A stretch of DNA of 64,000 bases from the NCBI GenBank assembly GCA_000002445.1, contig CP000071.1, positions 288,001 to 352,000 on the forward strand, given 5' to 3'. The position numbers were made by a program, and so were the translations under genes. Positions 32,857 to 42,826 of this stretch are shown here, one piece after another (within the stretch, counting starts at the first letter, position 1; each line of letters opens with the position of its first letter). Below the pieces are notes generated by a model that saw nothing but the letters and a program-made list of their open reading frames with translations, was not told the origin of the DNA and did not search any database. The DNA is from Trypanosoma brucei. Lineage: Eukaryota.

Positions 32857-34446
32857 TTACAACACCCGGTTCTCAGCTTGTCCGCCGTCGTGTATACCAT
32901 TAAGAATGGTCCTTATGGCCCGAACAGCATTGAGCTCGTCACTTACAACACTCTGGGGATTCACAGCAGCTCCCTCCGCGAGGCTCTGATTAGCATCACT
33001 CCACGCGCGGCCTCTCTGCATATTAGTCAGCTGCCGCAGTTGTTCCTCCCTCCGGCTCGGCTCAAAGAAGACAACCCCTGGCGGATGGTGCGCCCGGACG
33101 ACTAGCCGCCCTTTTTCCTCAGGGATGAAGGGCCAGCCCCTTGCTATCGTATTGTTCTCAATACGCTGGCGTCGTGCTCGCTCCAGAGCACGCAGCTCCC
33201 GTTCCTTGGAAGTGGTGACAACGTTGTAATCGGTGCCGCTTTGGCCGCCGAAACCCCTCGCAAGCGAGTACCGCTGAGCATCAAGACGCTCGGCAGCGGC
33301 GGCCTCGCGACTGGACTGAATTCGGTCGTTCATTTCTTGGCGCAGTCGCTGCAACTCCGCAAGACGTTCGTGCCGCGCGAAACTCTCCGCCATCTTCCAC
33401 CCATCGTCATGCATCCAATCACGATACCGCCTGTACGCCAGAAGGAAAAGTACACATATGCCGAGGTAAGCTACAATGGCACGAAGAAGAATGGAACTCA
33501 TCGGCATGTTCCATGCCCGTCGTACCTGGGCGTGCATCGAAAAGGGGTTCGAGGTCGAGAAGGGATTATCTGTGAAGCTACGGTCACTTTGCTTGTACGT
33601 ATAGAAGCCTCGCCGGGGGTTAGCGGTCTGCTTGAAATAGTCTGCGTTCGAAGCGCCGCGATAGTCGTAACTGGTGCCTGCATCGTGCGAACCCTGCGCG
33701 GCGTACCGACCAGAGGTATCGTAAGAAGGAGTTCCATTACCACTGCTACCTGCGCGGCTACTGTAGTGGTAACTACCGCCTCGATAAGTCGCTTGCTGAG
33801 CCTTGAATTGCTCCCGCTCTAGCTTGGAAAGATCCTTTAACCGATTATATGCCACGGTTATGCGGCTCATTGCGGCCGCATCACCACCGGCGTCAGGGTG
33901 GTGCTTCTGGACGAGGCCACGGTAAATCTTCTTCAAATGTTTTGGGTCACTATCCACATCAACCCCTAGCACGGAGCATGCATCCCTCACTTCGTCATAT
34001 GTCGGGGCACGTTGCCCAGCCGATGCAAAACGACGCGCGGTCACCTGCGGCCATGCAGGCGGCAGAGTTGCGAAGCGAATGCCGGTTCGAGCCGTCAAGC
34101 CTGAGCGGAGGAGCGCGGCAGAAGTCATTAGTGGCGTGCTGCGAGCATATGCACGTGGACGTGACACTAAAGTCTCAACATATCCAAATGGCGACTCGGT
34201 GTCGCTTCGACTGCGCTGTGGAGAGCACGAAGGCCTCCTCCACAAGATATGCGCTACCCTCCGACACATAGTTACATGACTCATAAGAAAATGTGGCGAA
34301 TAGACGCCAGCCCACTTGCCATAACTCATTTTCGTTGCGTTTCTTCTAACAGCTCCCACTATCCTCAATTCCTTTTCCTTTTTCTCTTTTTCCTCCTTTT
34401 CCCACGTCTCTTTCTCCCTACTCTTGCTCTCAACCCTTACTTGCAA
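32857..34446 (-). CDS. J-domain (DnaJ/Hsp40-like) membrane protein, 529 aa
   Basis: J-domain with an HPD tripeptide: YDEVRDACSVLGVDVDSDPKHLKKIYRGLVQKHHPDAGGD. A hydrophobic segment ILLRAIVAYLGICVLFLLAY lies mid-protein. The N-terminus (MTSAALLRSGLTARTGIRFATL region) looks presequence-like. Confidence 0.8.
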   Translation of the reverse strand: MQVRVESKSREKETWEKEEKEKKEKELRIVGAVRRNATKMSYGKWAGVYSPHFLMSHVTMCRRVAHILWRRPSCSPQRSRSDTESPFGYVETLVSRPRAYARSTPLMTSAALLRSGLTARTGIRFATLPPAWPQVTARRFASAGQRAPTYDEVRDACSVLGVDVDSDPKHLKKIYRGLVQKHHPDAGGDAAAMSRITVAYNRLKDLSKLEREQFKAQQATYRGGSYHYSSRAGSSGNGTPSYDTSGRYAAQGSHDAGTSYDYRGASNADYFKQTANPRRGFYTYKQSDRSFTDNPFSTSNPFSMHAQVRRAWNMPMSSILLRAIVAYLGICVLFLLAYRRYRDWMHDDGWKMAESFARHERLAELQRLRQEMNDRIQSSREAAAAERLDAQRYSLARGFGGQSGTDYNVVTTSKERELRALERARRQRIENNTIARGWPFIPEEKGRLVVRAHHPPGVVFFEPSRREEQLRQLTNMQRGRAWSDANQSLAEGAAVNPQSVVSDELNAVRAIRTILNGIHDGGQAENRVL

Positions 34447-35521
34447 CTCGATAATCGTGGCGTATCTTCCTACACCGAATCACTGTACCTGTCGCACACG
34501 ATGGAAAACAGAGGAAGGAGGGGGGAAATGGAAAATGAGGATAATAGCAACAATAACAACGGTGATAATGATACAAGTGCTACACAGCACTCTTCACTGT
34601 AGTTTACACCTTGCACCACACACGAATATATCCAACTGTGCCAGGACTCCTGGGAAGAAAGGGAGTTGGTAGTGAAGAGTAACTTCAAATCCCCTTCCGT
34701 AACCGGAAAGGTTACGAAAAAGGAATAAAACAAATGGATTAAAAGGAAGCAAGCAACATATAACCAACCATGAATAAATATGATGAATGCCCACACTCCG
34801 AGCCGTTCCCCCCACCACACCGGGTATGTGCCACTACCTCACTTGTCCCCATTTCCGACACAACTCCTAGTGAGTCTGCGGAAACAATAAAATAAAAAGC
34901 GGCCAAACACCCCGCTTTACGGGTCGATATGCTTCGGATAATGCACACCGCACTGCGCACATGATATTGTTCACGGTGAGGTAACCAAAAACCGGGAAAA
35001 TATAGTGGAAATAAAAAGAGGCTAAAAGTGAGGAATGGACGAAAAAGGGATCAAAAATGGAGGGTAGGCGCTTAACCGCCCGTCAGATCCGTCAGCAACA
35101 GCGATACTTCAAATACAGATAATTAAAAAAACATACCGCCTCTGAGACTAACATTTAAAAATAAAAACAGAACTACAACTGCACGCGTTTTTTTTCCTTT
35201 TTTTTCTTGAAAGGAGAGTGATAGAAGAATGGAAGGGGGGAAACCACTCATAAGACCGTTGTGAACGCAGCCCGTGTCGGCCGGTTCACGCTTGGATGGA
35301 AAAGATAATGCATATATATATATATATATATATCATATGCCCGCAGTGTGTCGAAGGGCTTTCACTCTCAACCAAGAGAAGTGGGGGGGGGAAAAGGAAA
35401 AAAGAAAAAAACTTATGGCTTCAAATAACAGAAGGTCATGCCCCGAATATAGGATGAAGCAGTGTCTCATCACCCATCCCGTTTGCTTCACTCGTCTATG
35501 ATCGTCTTTCCATCTTTGACC

Positions 35522-37735
35522 TCATTCCACCGGTGCAGCTTCATCCTGCTCGTCAAAACGCAGTTCCTCCAGCGAAGTCATGCCTTTGCTATCGTATGTA
35601 CACTTCCACACGGTACGATACGGTACATCCAACCACATGCAACTCTCTGCAGAAATACTCCCAAAGTACGTCAGTAGGGCGCGTAGCACAGCACGGTGCG
35701 CAACAATAACAACAACGCGGTCTGTGTTCTCAAGTTCCATGATGACGGGCTCAAGGCGTTGTACAAGGTCCTTGTAGCTTTCACCCTTGGGATAACGAAA
35801 GCTAAATTTGTTGCAATTGCGGAGCTCCTGCATCAGTGGGCACTGCTCACGAAGTTCCGCGTGCGTCAAATTCTCGCAGACACCGGCATACAATTCGTTC
35901 AGGCTGTGGCACCGTGTTGTCTTAATCCCAAGCAACTGCTCACACTTCTCTACGGTTTGAATTGCGCGATATAGTTGACTCGTCCATATCACGACACGTT
36001 GCGGGCTGTCGGGAAACCCGTAAGCACTATGAGTATCGGTGCTTGCACACGTTCCACTCCCTTCCCGCACCCGACCATCTCCATCACCAGCCGTATGCGC
36101 AGTTTCGCAAACGCAGGAATCTGTATCATTCCTCTCTTGCTCCACGTACTGCGTCAAGGAAGCAACAAACTCAAGCAACTCAATAGTATCCTGCTCTCCC
36201 TCTGGAGAAAGCGGCGAGTCGCCACCGATTCGATCCTCGCAATGGTAAACAGACATACCATTACGAACAAAGTAAATAGGGTGTTGAACCTTCAGTTGAG
36301 TGACGTTCATAACAAACGAAACAATGCGACTAGCGATGTATCCCATCACACCACACACCTCCACTTCGTGGAAGTTATTTACCCTCACGTACCGCTTGGT
36401 GCCCCTCTGCTTAGCAACCTTCTCCTCCAACATGGTGCAAGCACTATTGTCGCCAGTTTTCGAGTTCGACTGGTTCGCACAGCATGAGGCAGCGCCGACA
36501 GACGTGTACACACTCTTCAGGTAATCCACACGCCGCTCAAAATCTCTTTTTGCATCGTTCAGTTTTACACTTGAGTGATATTCCATTACATCCCTCACCT
36601 TAAATTCATCAAATGTTTTGTTAAATTTGTTGCTTCGCACCACCTCTACGAAGAACGTCTGTGTACAAAGTGGGGAAAATAGACCTTCGGCTTCGTCACG
36701 CAACTCTTCCGTAGGGAAGTCATCATTGAGCACAAGCACTTCACCGCCTTCGGCGTAGAAGTTCTGGGCGTCATGAGCATACTGCTGCAGAACGCAACGG
36801 TAGAGCCTCCGCTCAACGCTGTTCGAATCACTTACAAGCGCATGGAAGTGCTCCGCCCGAACGTAAACCGGGTCCTTTTCCTTCAGCCTGCTCCGTTCAG
36901 ACCGTGATTCATCTCCTTGCCCGTTATAGTAATTCATCAGCAACCGTCGCCAAGCAACCTGAACGTTTAGAACCTTTGCACGGTGACCATGCCACCCCAG
37001 TAGTCGGCAAACCTTGTGCGCAAGAAACGTTTTACCGCGTGCTGGTAAACCCACCATGATGACACACAACGTAGTCGTATAGGAATGTGTCTTATCATCA
37101 AAGTGTACTGGGCCTTGGTAAGATAACGGTCCGGTATAGTTGTCCAGTGGTGGGGAAGCGCTAACAGCGGGTGAGTAAAGAGGGGTGGAGCTGACCTGTG
37201 ATGCACCTGCAACATGTGAGCCCTCTCCGACACACAAATCAACGTCGTTTTGAAAGTCCACCGCGGGAGAATTAAGGGAAGCAATAGACTTGGAGACCGT
37301 GTCCGCATCCCCACGATCCACCCCCGGTTCTTCACCGTTTTGTTCACCGGAGACCCCGACCACAGTGTGGGCGGACGTTTTAGCTATTTCTGCCCTCCTC
37401 TGCAGGTTAATCTTTCGCCATTTCCACTTGTGAAAGGGGCGAATAGGGCCGTGAAGCAATTTTTTCACAACCAACATGCGCTGTGACGCATCCAACGGAC
37501 ACGAGGCATCGACCTCACTGCAACAACCTCCGCGACTATATCTGTTACCCTTGTTCATGGCATTGCGCTCACTCAACTCCATCAGCACCTCGGCCTCAGA
37601 AGTTGTCTGGGGCTTAGGAGCCTCCGTCATATGCCAATTAAATCCGACTATAACCGACTTTTGGCACCGCAGCAGTAGCTGCACCCCGCCTACAGCCTCT
37701 GCTTCGTTGTTGTTGTTGTTTTCACCCTCCCCCAC
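35522..37735 (-). CDS. 6-phosphofructo-2-kinase/fructose-2,6-bisphosphatase family protein, 737 aa. The kinase domain is intact. The bisphosphatase domain has RNG in place of the catalytic RHG, so the catalytic His is replaced by Asn.
   Basis: The kinase P-loop VIMVGLPARGKTFLAHKVCRLLGW aligns with mammalian PFKFB VMVGLPARGKTYISKKL. The phosphatase segment IYFVRNGMSVYHCEDRIGGDSPLSPEGEQ aligns with [29 protein letters not shown]. The C-terminal VVIVAHRAVLRALLTYF matches VLVICHQAVMRCLLAYF. Confidence 0.9.
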   Translation of the reverse strand: MGEGENNNNNEAEAVGGVQLLLRCQKSVIVGFNWHMTEAPKPQTTSEAEVLMELSERNAMNKGNRYSRGGCCSEVDASCPLDASQRMLVVKKLLHGPIRPFHKWKWRKINLQRRAEIAKTSAHTVVGVSGEQNGEEPGVDRGDADTVSKSIASLNSPAVDFQNDVDLCVGEGSHVAGASQVSSTPLYSPAVSASPPLDNYTGPLSYQGPVHFDDKTHSYTTTLCVIMVGLPARGKTFLAHKVCRLLGWHGHRAKVLNVQVAWRRLLMNYYNGQGDESRSERSRLKEKDPVYVRAEHFHALVSDSNSVERRLYRCVLQQYAHDAQNFYAEGGEVLVLNDDFPTEELRDEAEGLFSPLCTQTFFVEVVRSNKFNKTFDEFKVRDVMEYHSSVKLNDAKRDFERRVDYLKSVYTSVGAASCCANQSNSKTGDNSACTMLEEKVAKQRGTKRYVRVNNFHEVEVCGVMGYIASRIVSFVMNVTQLKVQHPIYFVRNGMSVYHCEDRIGGDSPLSPEGEQDTIELLEFVASLTQYVEQERNDTDSCVCETAHTAGDGDGRVREGSGTCASTDTHSAYGFPDSPQRVVIWTSQLYRAIQTVEKCEQLLGIKTTRCHSLNELYAGVCENLTHAELREQCPLMQELRNCNKFSFRYPKGESYKDLVQRLEPVIMELENTDRVVVIVAHRAVLRALLTYFGSISAESCMWLDVPYRTVWKCTYDSKGMTSLEELRFDEQDEAAPVE

Positions 37736-38868
37736 ACTCTCTCTTTTGCTTCAAAAAGAGAAACGTCTATTTTGCCAACTGTTTTTCCTTTTCGTTGCGC
37801 CGAGACCTTGTGGTGTATCTGCCTTGTCCTGCGGGGACACCAATGATACAATAATCCCGAAAGAAAAGTGGACCTGAGTGTCGCGCGAAAAGATAAATCT
37901 CGTACGTATGTAAGATATGATTATTTATGCGTATGTATGTATACCGGAAAGAATAGTTACGGAAGCAAACCTGTACTCCTGGAGGCCAACGGACTAATGG
38001 GTCCTCCTTTCCTTCGTTGCGCTTCTGCTGTCCTTACTGCAAATGCTACCGGTAGATTTCCCTTGTCTTCTCTTCTCCCTTGAGGTATCCGTCTTTCCCA
38101 CACTTTCTTAATCTTTGAATATATTTCTGACTGACCCTCGTCACTAAAACTGCTTTGTTCTTTGATGATATACTCCCTTGTATTATAGTGATAATGATTA
38201 TCACGCTCTCACTGCTTCCTTATGAGCACTCACGAGTAAAGCAAAACAACAGTAATAATAAATGATCACATCTGAGATTGTGAAACGCGTCAGAGGACGG
38301 TTTAAACTCCTTTCCAGCGGAAGTAGCGACAACGGTAGCAGCGCCACTAAATTTCGCATTTGTAATTGGGTCACTGTTCAGGTAAAAAGGTGACCACAAA
38401 AAAACGAGTGCATACATATATGCATATGTATACATGTATATTAAAGCGGTAACAAATAACGGATAAAACGCCCCGTAGGGGCCACATCAACGAGCGATAA
38501 GGAAAAAAAAAAGACTCAAACACAATCCATGCATATATATATATATACATGTGTATCTGTATATGTGCGTGTGCGCGCGCACTCATATGCGGTGCAACAT
38601 TATCGATATAAGTTGAACGAGGACAGAGGGTTACACACTGATGTCCCTTCAACCACTCGTACCGCCATCCCACCATTTCCGATGTCTATTACGACCAACA
38701 CTGCCGGGCGATTATAACCATGGGTAGGTGTCAGTAAGCGTACCCAACAGGTTACAGAAAAGAGGGGGGGAAATCTCGACGCAATGATTCCCACTCGGAG
38801 GTGAACCAGGGGTTAATGAATACACGACAGACCCAACAGCAAAATAGCGCACTTAAAACCACAGACCT

Positions 38869-39756
38869 TCACCTCAATTCACGTTTGGAAAAAGACTCAG
38901 AATTGGTGTAGAGGCCCCGCGCGGCGTAGTGTTTCTTCACTGCCACAAAAATCATACAAATAAGCAAAAAGACGGTGACGGCAAAAACACCAGCGACTAT
39001 ATGGCGGCCAAACGCCGCACTGACAATCTGCGCCCGCTCTGCCCGCTGCCTGGTCCTCGCCCATTCGTCAGCATTGGCACCAAACAACCCCGATGGTGCA
39101 CGAGACCCAAAACTGCCAGCACAACAGTCCCTAAATCGACCACCAGCCAGGTGACCTGTACGCCTGTACTCGCGGAGTATTTCAGCAGCGGAGACTCGTG
39201 CGTCCGTTGCCGCGCCACCTAAAACATAAAACAAAAAGGACCGCCTTTGATTTCTTGGTGGGTGGTTGTCCACCTTCCACGGTGGGGCCTCGTTCCTCAT
39301 CTCACGCCGACGCTGCTCAAATTTGTTGAACTCAAATGTAGCTCTGCTCCCTTCGCCCTTTCGGCCAGCCACACCTTCGTATACTCTCCGCCCTCGCTCT
39401 GTTTCCTCTTCCTGCTGTACTCTTTGCTTTAAAAGGGCATGTCGTTCCGCCTCAGTGAATCGGCGCAGCAACTTATACGCCTCTACCCCGCGGCGCATTT
39501 TGTCCTCGGCAACTGACGACTCCTCGGTGCCACCTTGCAAGACATCAGGATGGTTACTCTTAGCCAATGATTGAAAGCGATCCCTTACCTCGGCGTCACT
39601 GGCACTATCGGAGAGTGAAAGGACTCGTAGCGCCTGTCTAATTTCCTCTACCAAATGAGCGGTCGATGTTGAGAGAAAACGACGTTGGAAGACATACCAG
39701 CGAGCAGCAACATCGCTTATGAGAGCCCTGCGGAGGCCCTCTGTCCGCATACTCAC
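38869..39756 (-). CDS. J-domain protein with a C-terminal transmembrane anchor, 295 aa
   Basis: J-domain-like segment DAEVRDRFQSLAKSNHPDVLQGG with HPD. C-terminal TM segment IVAGVFAVTVFLLICMIFVAV. Confidence 0.7.
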   Translation of the reverse strand: MSMRTEGLRRALISDVAARWYVFQRRFLSTSTAHLVEEIRQALRVLSLSDSASDAEVRDRFQSLAKSNHPDVLQGGTEESSVAEDKMRRGVEAYKLLRRFTEAERHALLKQRVQQEEETERGRRVYEGVAGRKGEGSRATFEFNKFEQRRREMRNEAPPWKVDNHPPRNQRRSFLFYVLGGAATDARVSAAEILREYRRTGHLAGGRFRDCCAGSFGSRAPSGLFGANADEWARTRQRAERAQIVSAAFGRHIVAGVFAVTVFLLICMIFVAVKKHYAARGLYTNSESFSKRELR

Positions 39757-40539
39757 AAGGTTCTCTCCTTCCCCCTCCCTCCCTCCGTTTACCCACGCCG
39801 CCGCTAGAACACTTCAACGTCTTCCTTCGTAATTAATCTCCACTTGCTACCGCTACGGTGAGGCAGCTACGCGTGATGGTAACAAAACAGGCAGGTAGAA
39901 GAGGTAGAAAGAACTGCTGAATAACAAAAGACCTCGTTGACGGAATGCCCATTCACACCTAACATGTGTGAAGGAGAGGATGGAGACCAACAAAGCATCA
40001 CTGTCAGATAGGGGTAGACAAGCTCTGGTTTGGCCGAGGAAAGAGAAAAGAAAGAAGGGTGTGTGTAAGCACTCATTTGCAATTATGTCTGCCTCTCACT
40101 ATATATTTAAAAAAAACGAAAATAAACGAACAAAGGACGTTAATAGGGAAGTTGGGCTTCCACTGCTGCAGCGGAAGCGACCAACCGTTAGCACACATAC
40201 ATACACATCTACATCGATAAATAAATATATATGTTTATATGCGGAGTCACACAGATTTATCGATTTGCAGAAATCGGAGAAACATCCGACCACCGCGCAC
40301 AACGCTTGTACCGTTGGGATTCGCCTCACAAAAATGCAAATGAGGGGCATAAGTGCCTAAAACTGCGGGTTCATCCTGAAAAGACCCCGACTGCATAAAC
40401 TGACTACACCCATATATCCTTGATGCAAAGAAATCAAATAAAAACAAACTAGGGTTGCACAGCCTTTCCCACAGGTACACACAAGTATGCGTGTTCCACT
40501 GATGCAAGCGTGTAAGCCCTTCCCCCTTTGCGAAGCGAC

Positions 40540-40974
40540 TCAGTGAAACCGAGTTCCACAATAACAATGTTCTCTCGTGCACGGTGGACGCTTTTTGCGA
40601 CGGCTACCGCATGACCCCTGAGCTCCTGCGCCACCCTCACCATCACCGCAGGCTTCACCATTTTGCTTCGCCTCATTGTTGTTTGCACAACCGTGGCAGC
40701 TGTCATCCTGATCACTACAACTACTACTAGTGCTGTCATCATCACTGCTGCTCTCACCAAAGAGTTTCTTTTTGTGGAAAATGCAGCAACTCTTACTTAC
40801 GCGTTGGTTTTGGTTATCCTTTACGTTAGCCTCCCAAGAGATGTGTCGGTCCCGGGAAGCCGATGAGGGGGCGGGACGCAAATGAAGTGTCACCTCTCGG
40901 CGCGGAATAAAAGCAACTTGCGTCTGTTGTATTCCTTCCGCCTGGTGGGTGCCCAATTGCTGAGACGAAGACAT
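40540..40974 (-). CDS. Protein phosphatase 1 regulatory subunit, inhibitor-3 / PPP1R11 / Ypi1 homologue, ~144 aa from the second ATG. The longest ORF runs to 41025, but its first 17 codons read through the polypyrimidine tract.
   Basis: The signature RHISWEANVKDNQNQRVSKSCCIFHKKKLFGESSSDDDSTSSSCSDQDDSCHGC matches PPP1R11 [52 protein letters not shown]. That signature contains the W/PP1-binding motif, the CC-I-[FY] motif and an acidic Ser stretch. Confidence 0.7.
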   Translation of the reverse strand: MSSSQQLGTHQAEGIQQTQVAFIPRREVTLHLRPAPSSASRDRHISWEANVKDNQNQRVSKSCCIFHKKKLFGESSSDDDSTSSSCSDQDDSCHGCANNNEAKQNGEACGDGEGGAGAQGSCGSRRKKRPPCTREHCYCGTRFH

Positions 40975-42499
40975 GACAAAAGAGCACCTTCCCTTTTTTC
41001 TTTCCTTTTTTTCCTTAATTTTCACCTTTTTGTATTCTTGCTTTGCTTAGATCGTAACTGTATTGCTAGTAACTGGGGCGAATATTGAGTACTGTGGGGT
41101 AAAATTAACTGAGATAAAATAAAAGGCGCTCTTTGTTCCTCTTTTCCACACACCAGTGTTATCACCACTATCGCCGCTAGTGGCACTGTTTCTACTCGAA
41201 ATATGTATAGGACAACTGCTTTTTAGTGTTTACTTGACTGATTATTTTTTTTTCCCCCTTCGGTGAGCCCGATGTGTTTAGTGAAGTAATGAATTAAGAT
41301 TTAGAGAAGAATTTTAAAAAAAGAAAAATAAAGAGGAAATGGAAAGGGAAGGAAAGCTAAGAATCAATAACGTTTAGAGTCGTATGAAGCACAGGGAGCG
41401 ATCCAGCGAGTAAAATACGAACACTGAACAGTGTACGAGAAAGGGAAGTAACTGTGCATCAAAGTGGAACAGAAACACATGGCAAGTCGAATACGTCACG
41501 GAATGAAACATGCTTATGGAAAACGGCAAAAAAAAATACATATACAGGTGCACACACGGACTGCAACTAAGAGGAAGACAACAATGAAAAAGAGAACCAG
41601 TGCCACTTACATCTCCGCATAACAACATTTCGTGCGAAGATATCAACCATGCGGGAATGCACATATGCACACGTGTACTCCCACCCACCCACCCCCCAGC
41701 AATCCTTCGCCTCTTAATTCAGCAGCGCACTCATTCGCTCCTTTTAGCACAAGTGAAAGCGGACCACCAAAAAGGAAAGTAAAATAAAAATGTGGAACAC
41801 ACCTGCATTACGTGACAAACCACAACAAACACATTTGTCTAGTGTCTTTATCTTCATATGTACATGAACAACACAATAGACACAACCTTGTCTACTGCTA
41901 CACTCGAGAACCAAAGAAATAGGCCCCAACACAACAGCGCCCTTCACGCAAACAAACAACCACACACACACACACACACGTACAAAGAGGGTCAATGAGA
42001 CATGTAAAAGCGAACAAACAGATCAAAAAGCAAAGAAAAAAAAAGGAAAAACACAGTTCAACCAAACGGGCGACGAACGCCCCAACTTATAATTTTATCG
42101 CTGTGATACTTAATCTCTTCATCCCTATCCTACCCCATCTATCCATGCGCACATGCGCATCTCCCCCATGACGTCTAAATTAATGTGAAAGAAAAGGAAA
42201 AATCAAAGCTCCTAGGGGGGTAAACGGGAGGGGAAAAAAAGTAATGCCAAAATGATACACCGCACCGGATGACGTAATAACACTGAAAGGAAATAAGCAC
42301 ACGCACATAAGGCTGTAGACTGGTCTTGAACTATTTGATGTTCCACCGCCTTCCCCACATCTCAATCCTCATATCTACAGTTCAACGATAGTGGCGACAA
42401 CAATGCTTCAGAGTACATTATTTTTCCTCTTCCTACTTGTTACGTGCACTTTTCCCAACACTTCTGTCTCACTACGGTACAACAAATCACCCGGTACTT

Positions 42500-42559
42500 C
42501 ACTTGTGAACCGTAACTGACGGGTGCTGGCTTTCGGAGCACCCGTCAGCTACGGTTCTC
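42500..42559. other. Near-perfect 18-21 bp inverted repeat (hairpin) in the spacer downstream of the 2653-aa gene. The arms are ccgtaactgacgggtgct and agcacccgtcagctacgg around a ggctttcgg loop.
   Basis: Seen directly: 17/18 complementary positions with one A·C mismatch, extendable by 3 more pairs (gaa/ttc). It lies ~270-320 nt 3' of the stop at 42827 on the minus strand. Confidence 0.6.
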
Positions 42560-42826
42560 GGCACTCATTTGCAGTGAACAAGCATTACCCTCACCTGCAC
42601 TGCGCCTTTCTTGAAGCGGTTATAAACTCAACCCGTCACTCCTCATCACGTTCCTGAGTCAACACTTCTACCCCCCCCCAACAATTGCGGGGGCGACGAA
42701 ACAACGGTGGACAAGAAATAAAAAGAACCCTAAACGATAAAACAGCACCCCACCAAAACCATATAAATTCACACAATCTAATAATGGAACTCACTCACAC
42801 ATACATACACACACACGTGAAATCCG

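Noticed and set aside
40975-41025. First 17 codons of the longest ORF for the Ypi1-like gene
   Set aside because: They read through the complement of the polypyrimidine tract (MKIKEKKERKKGRCSFV). The true start is more likely the next ATG at 40974.
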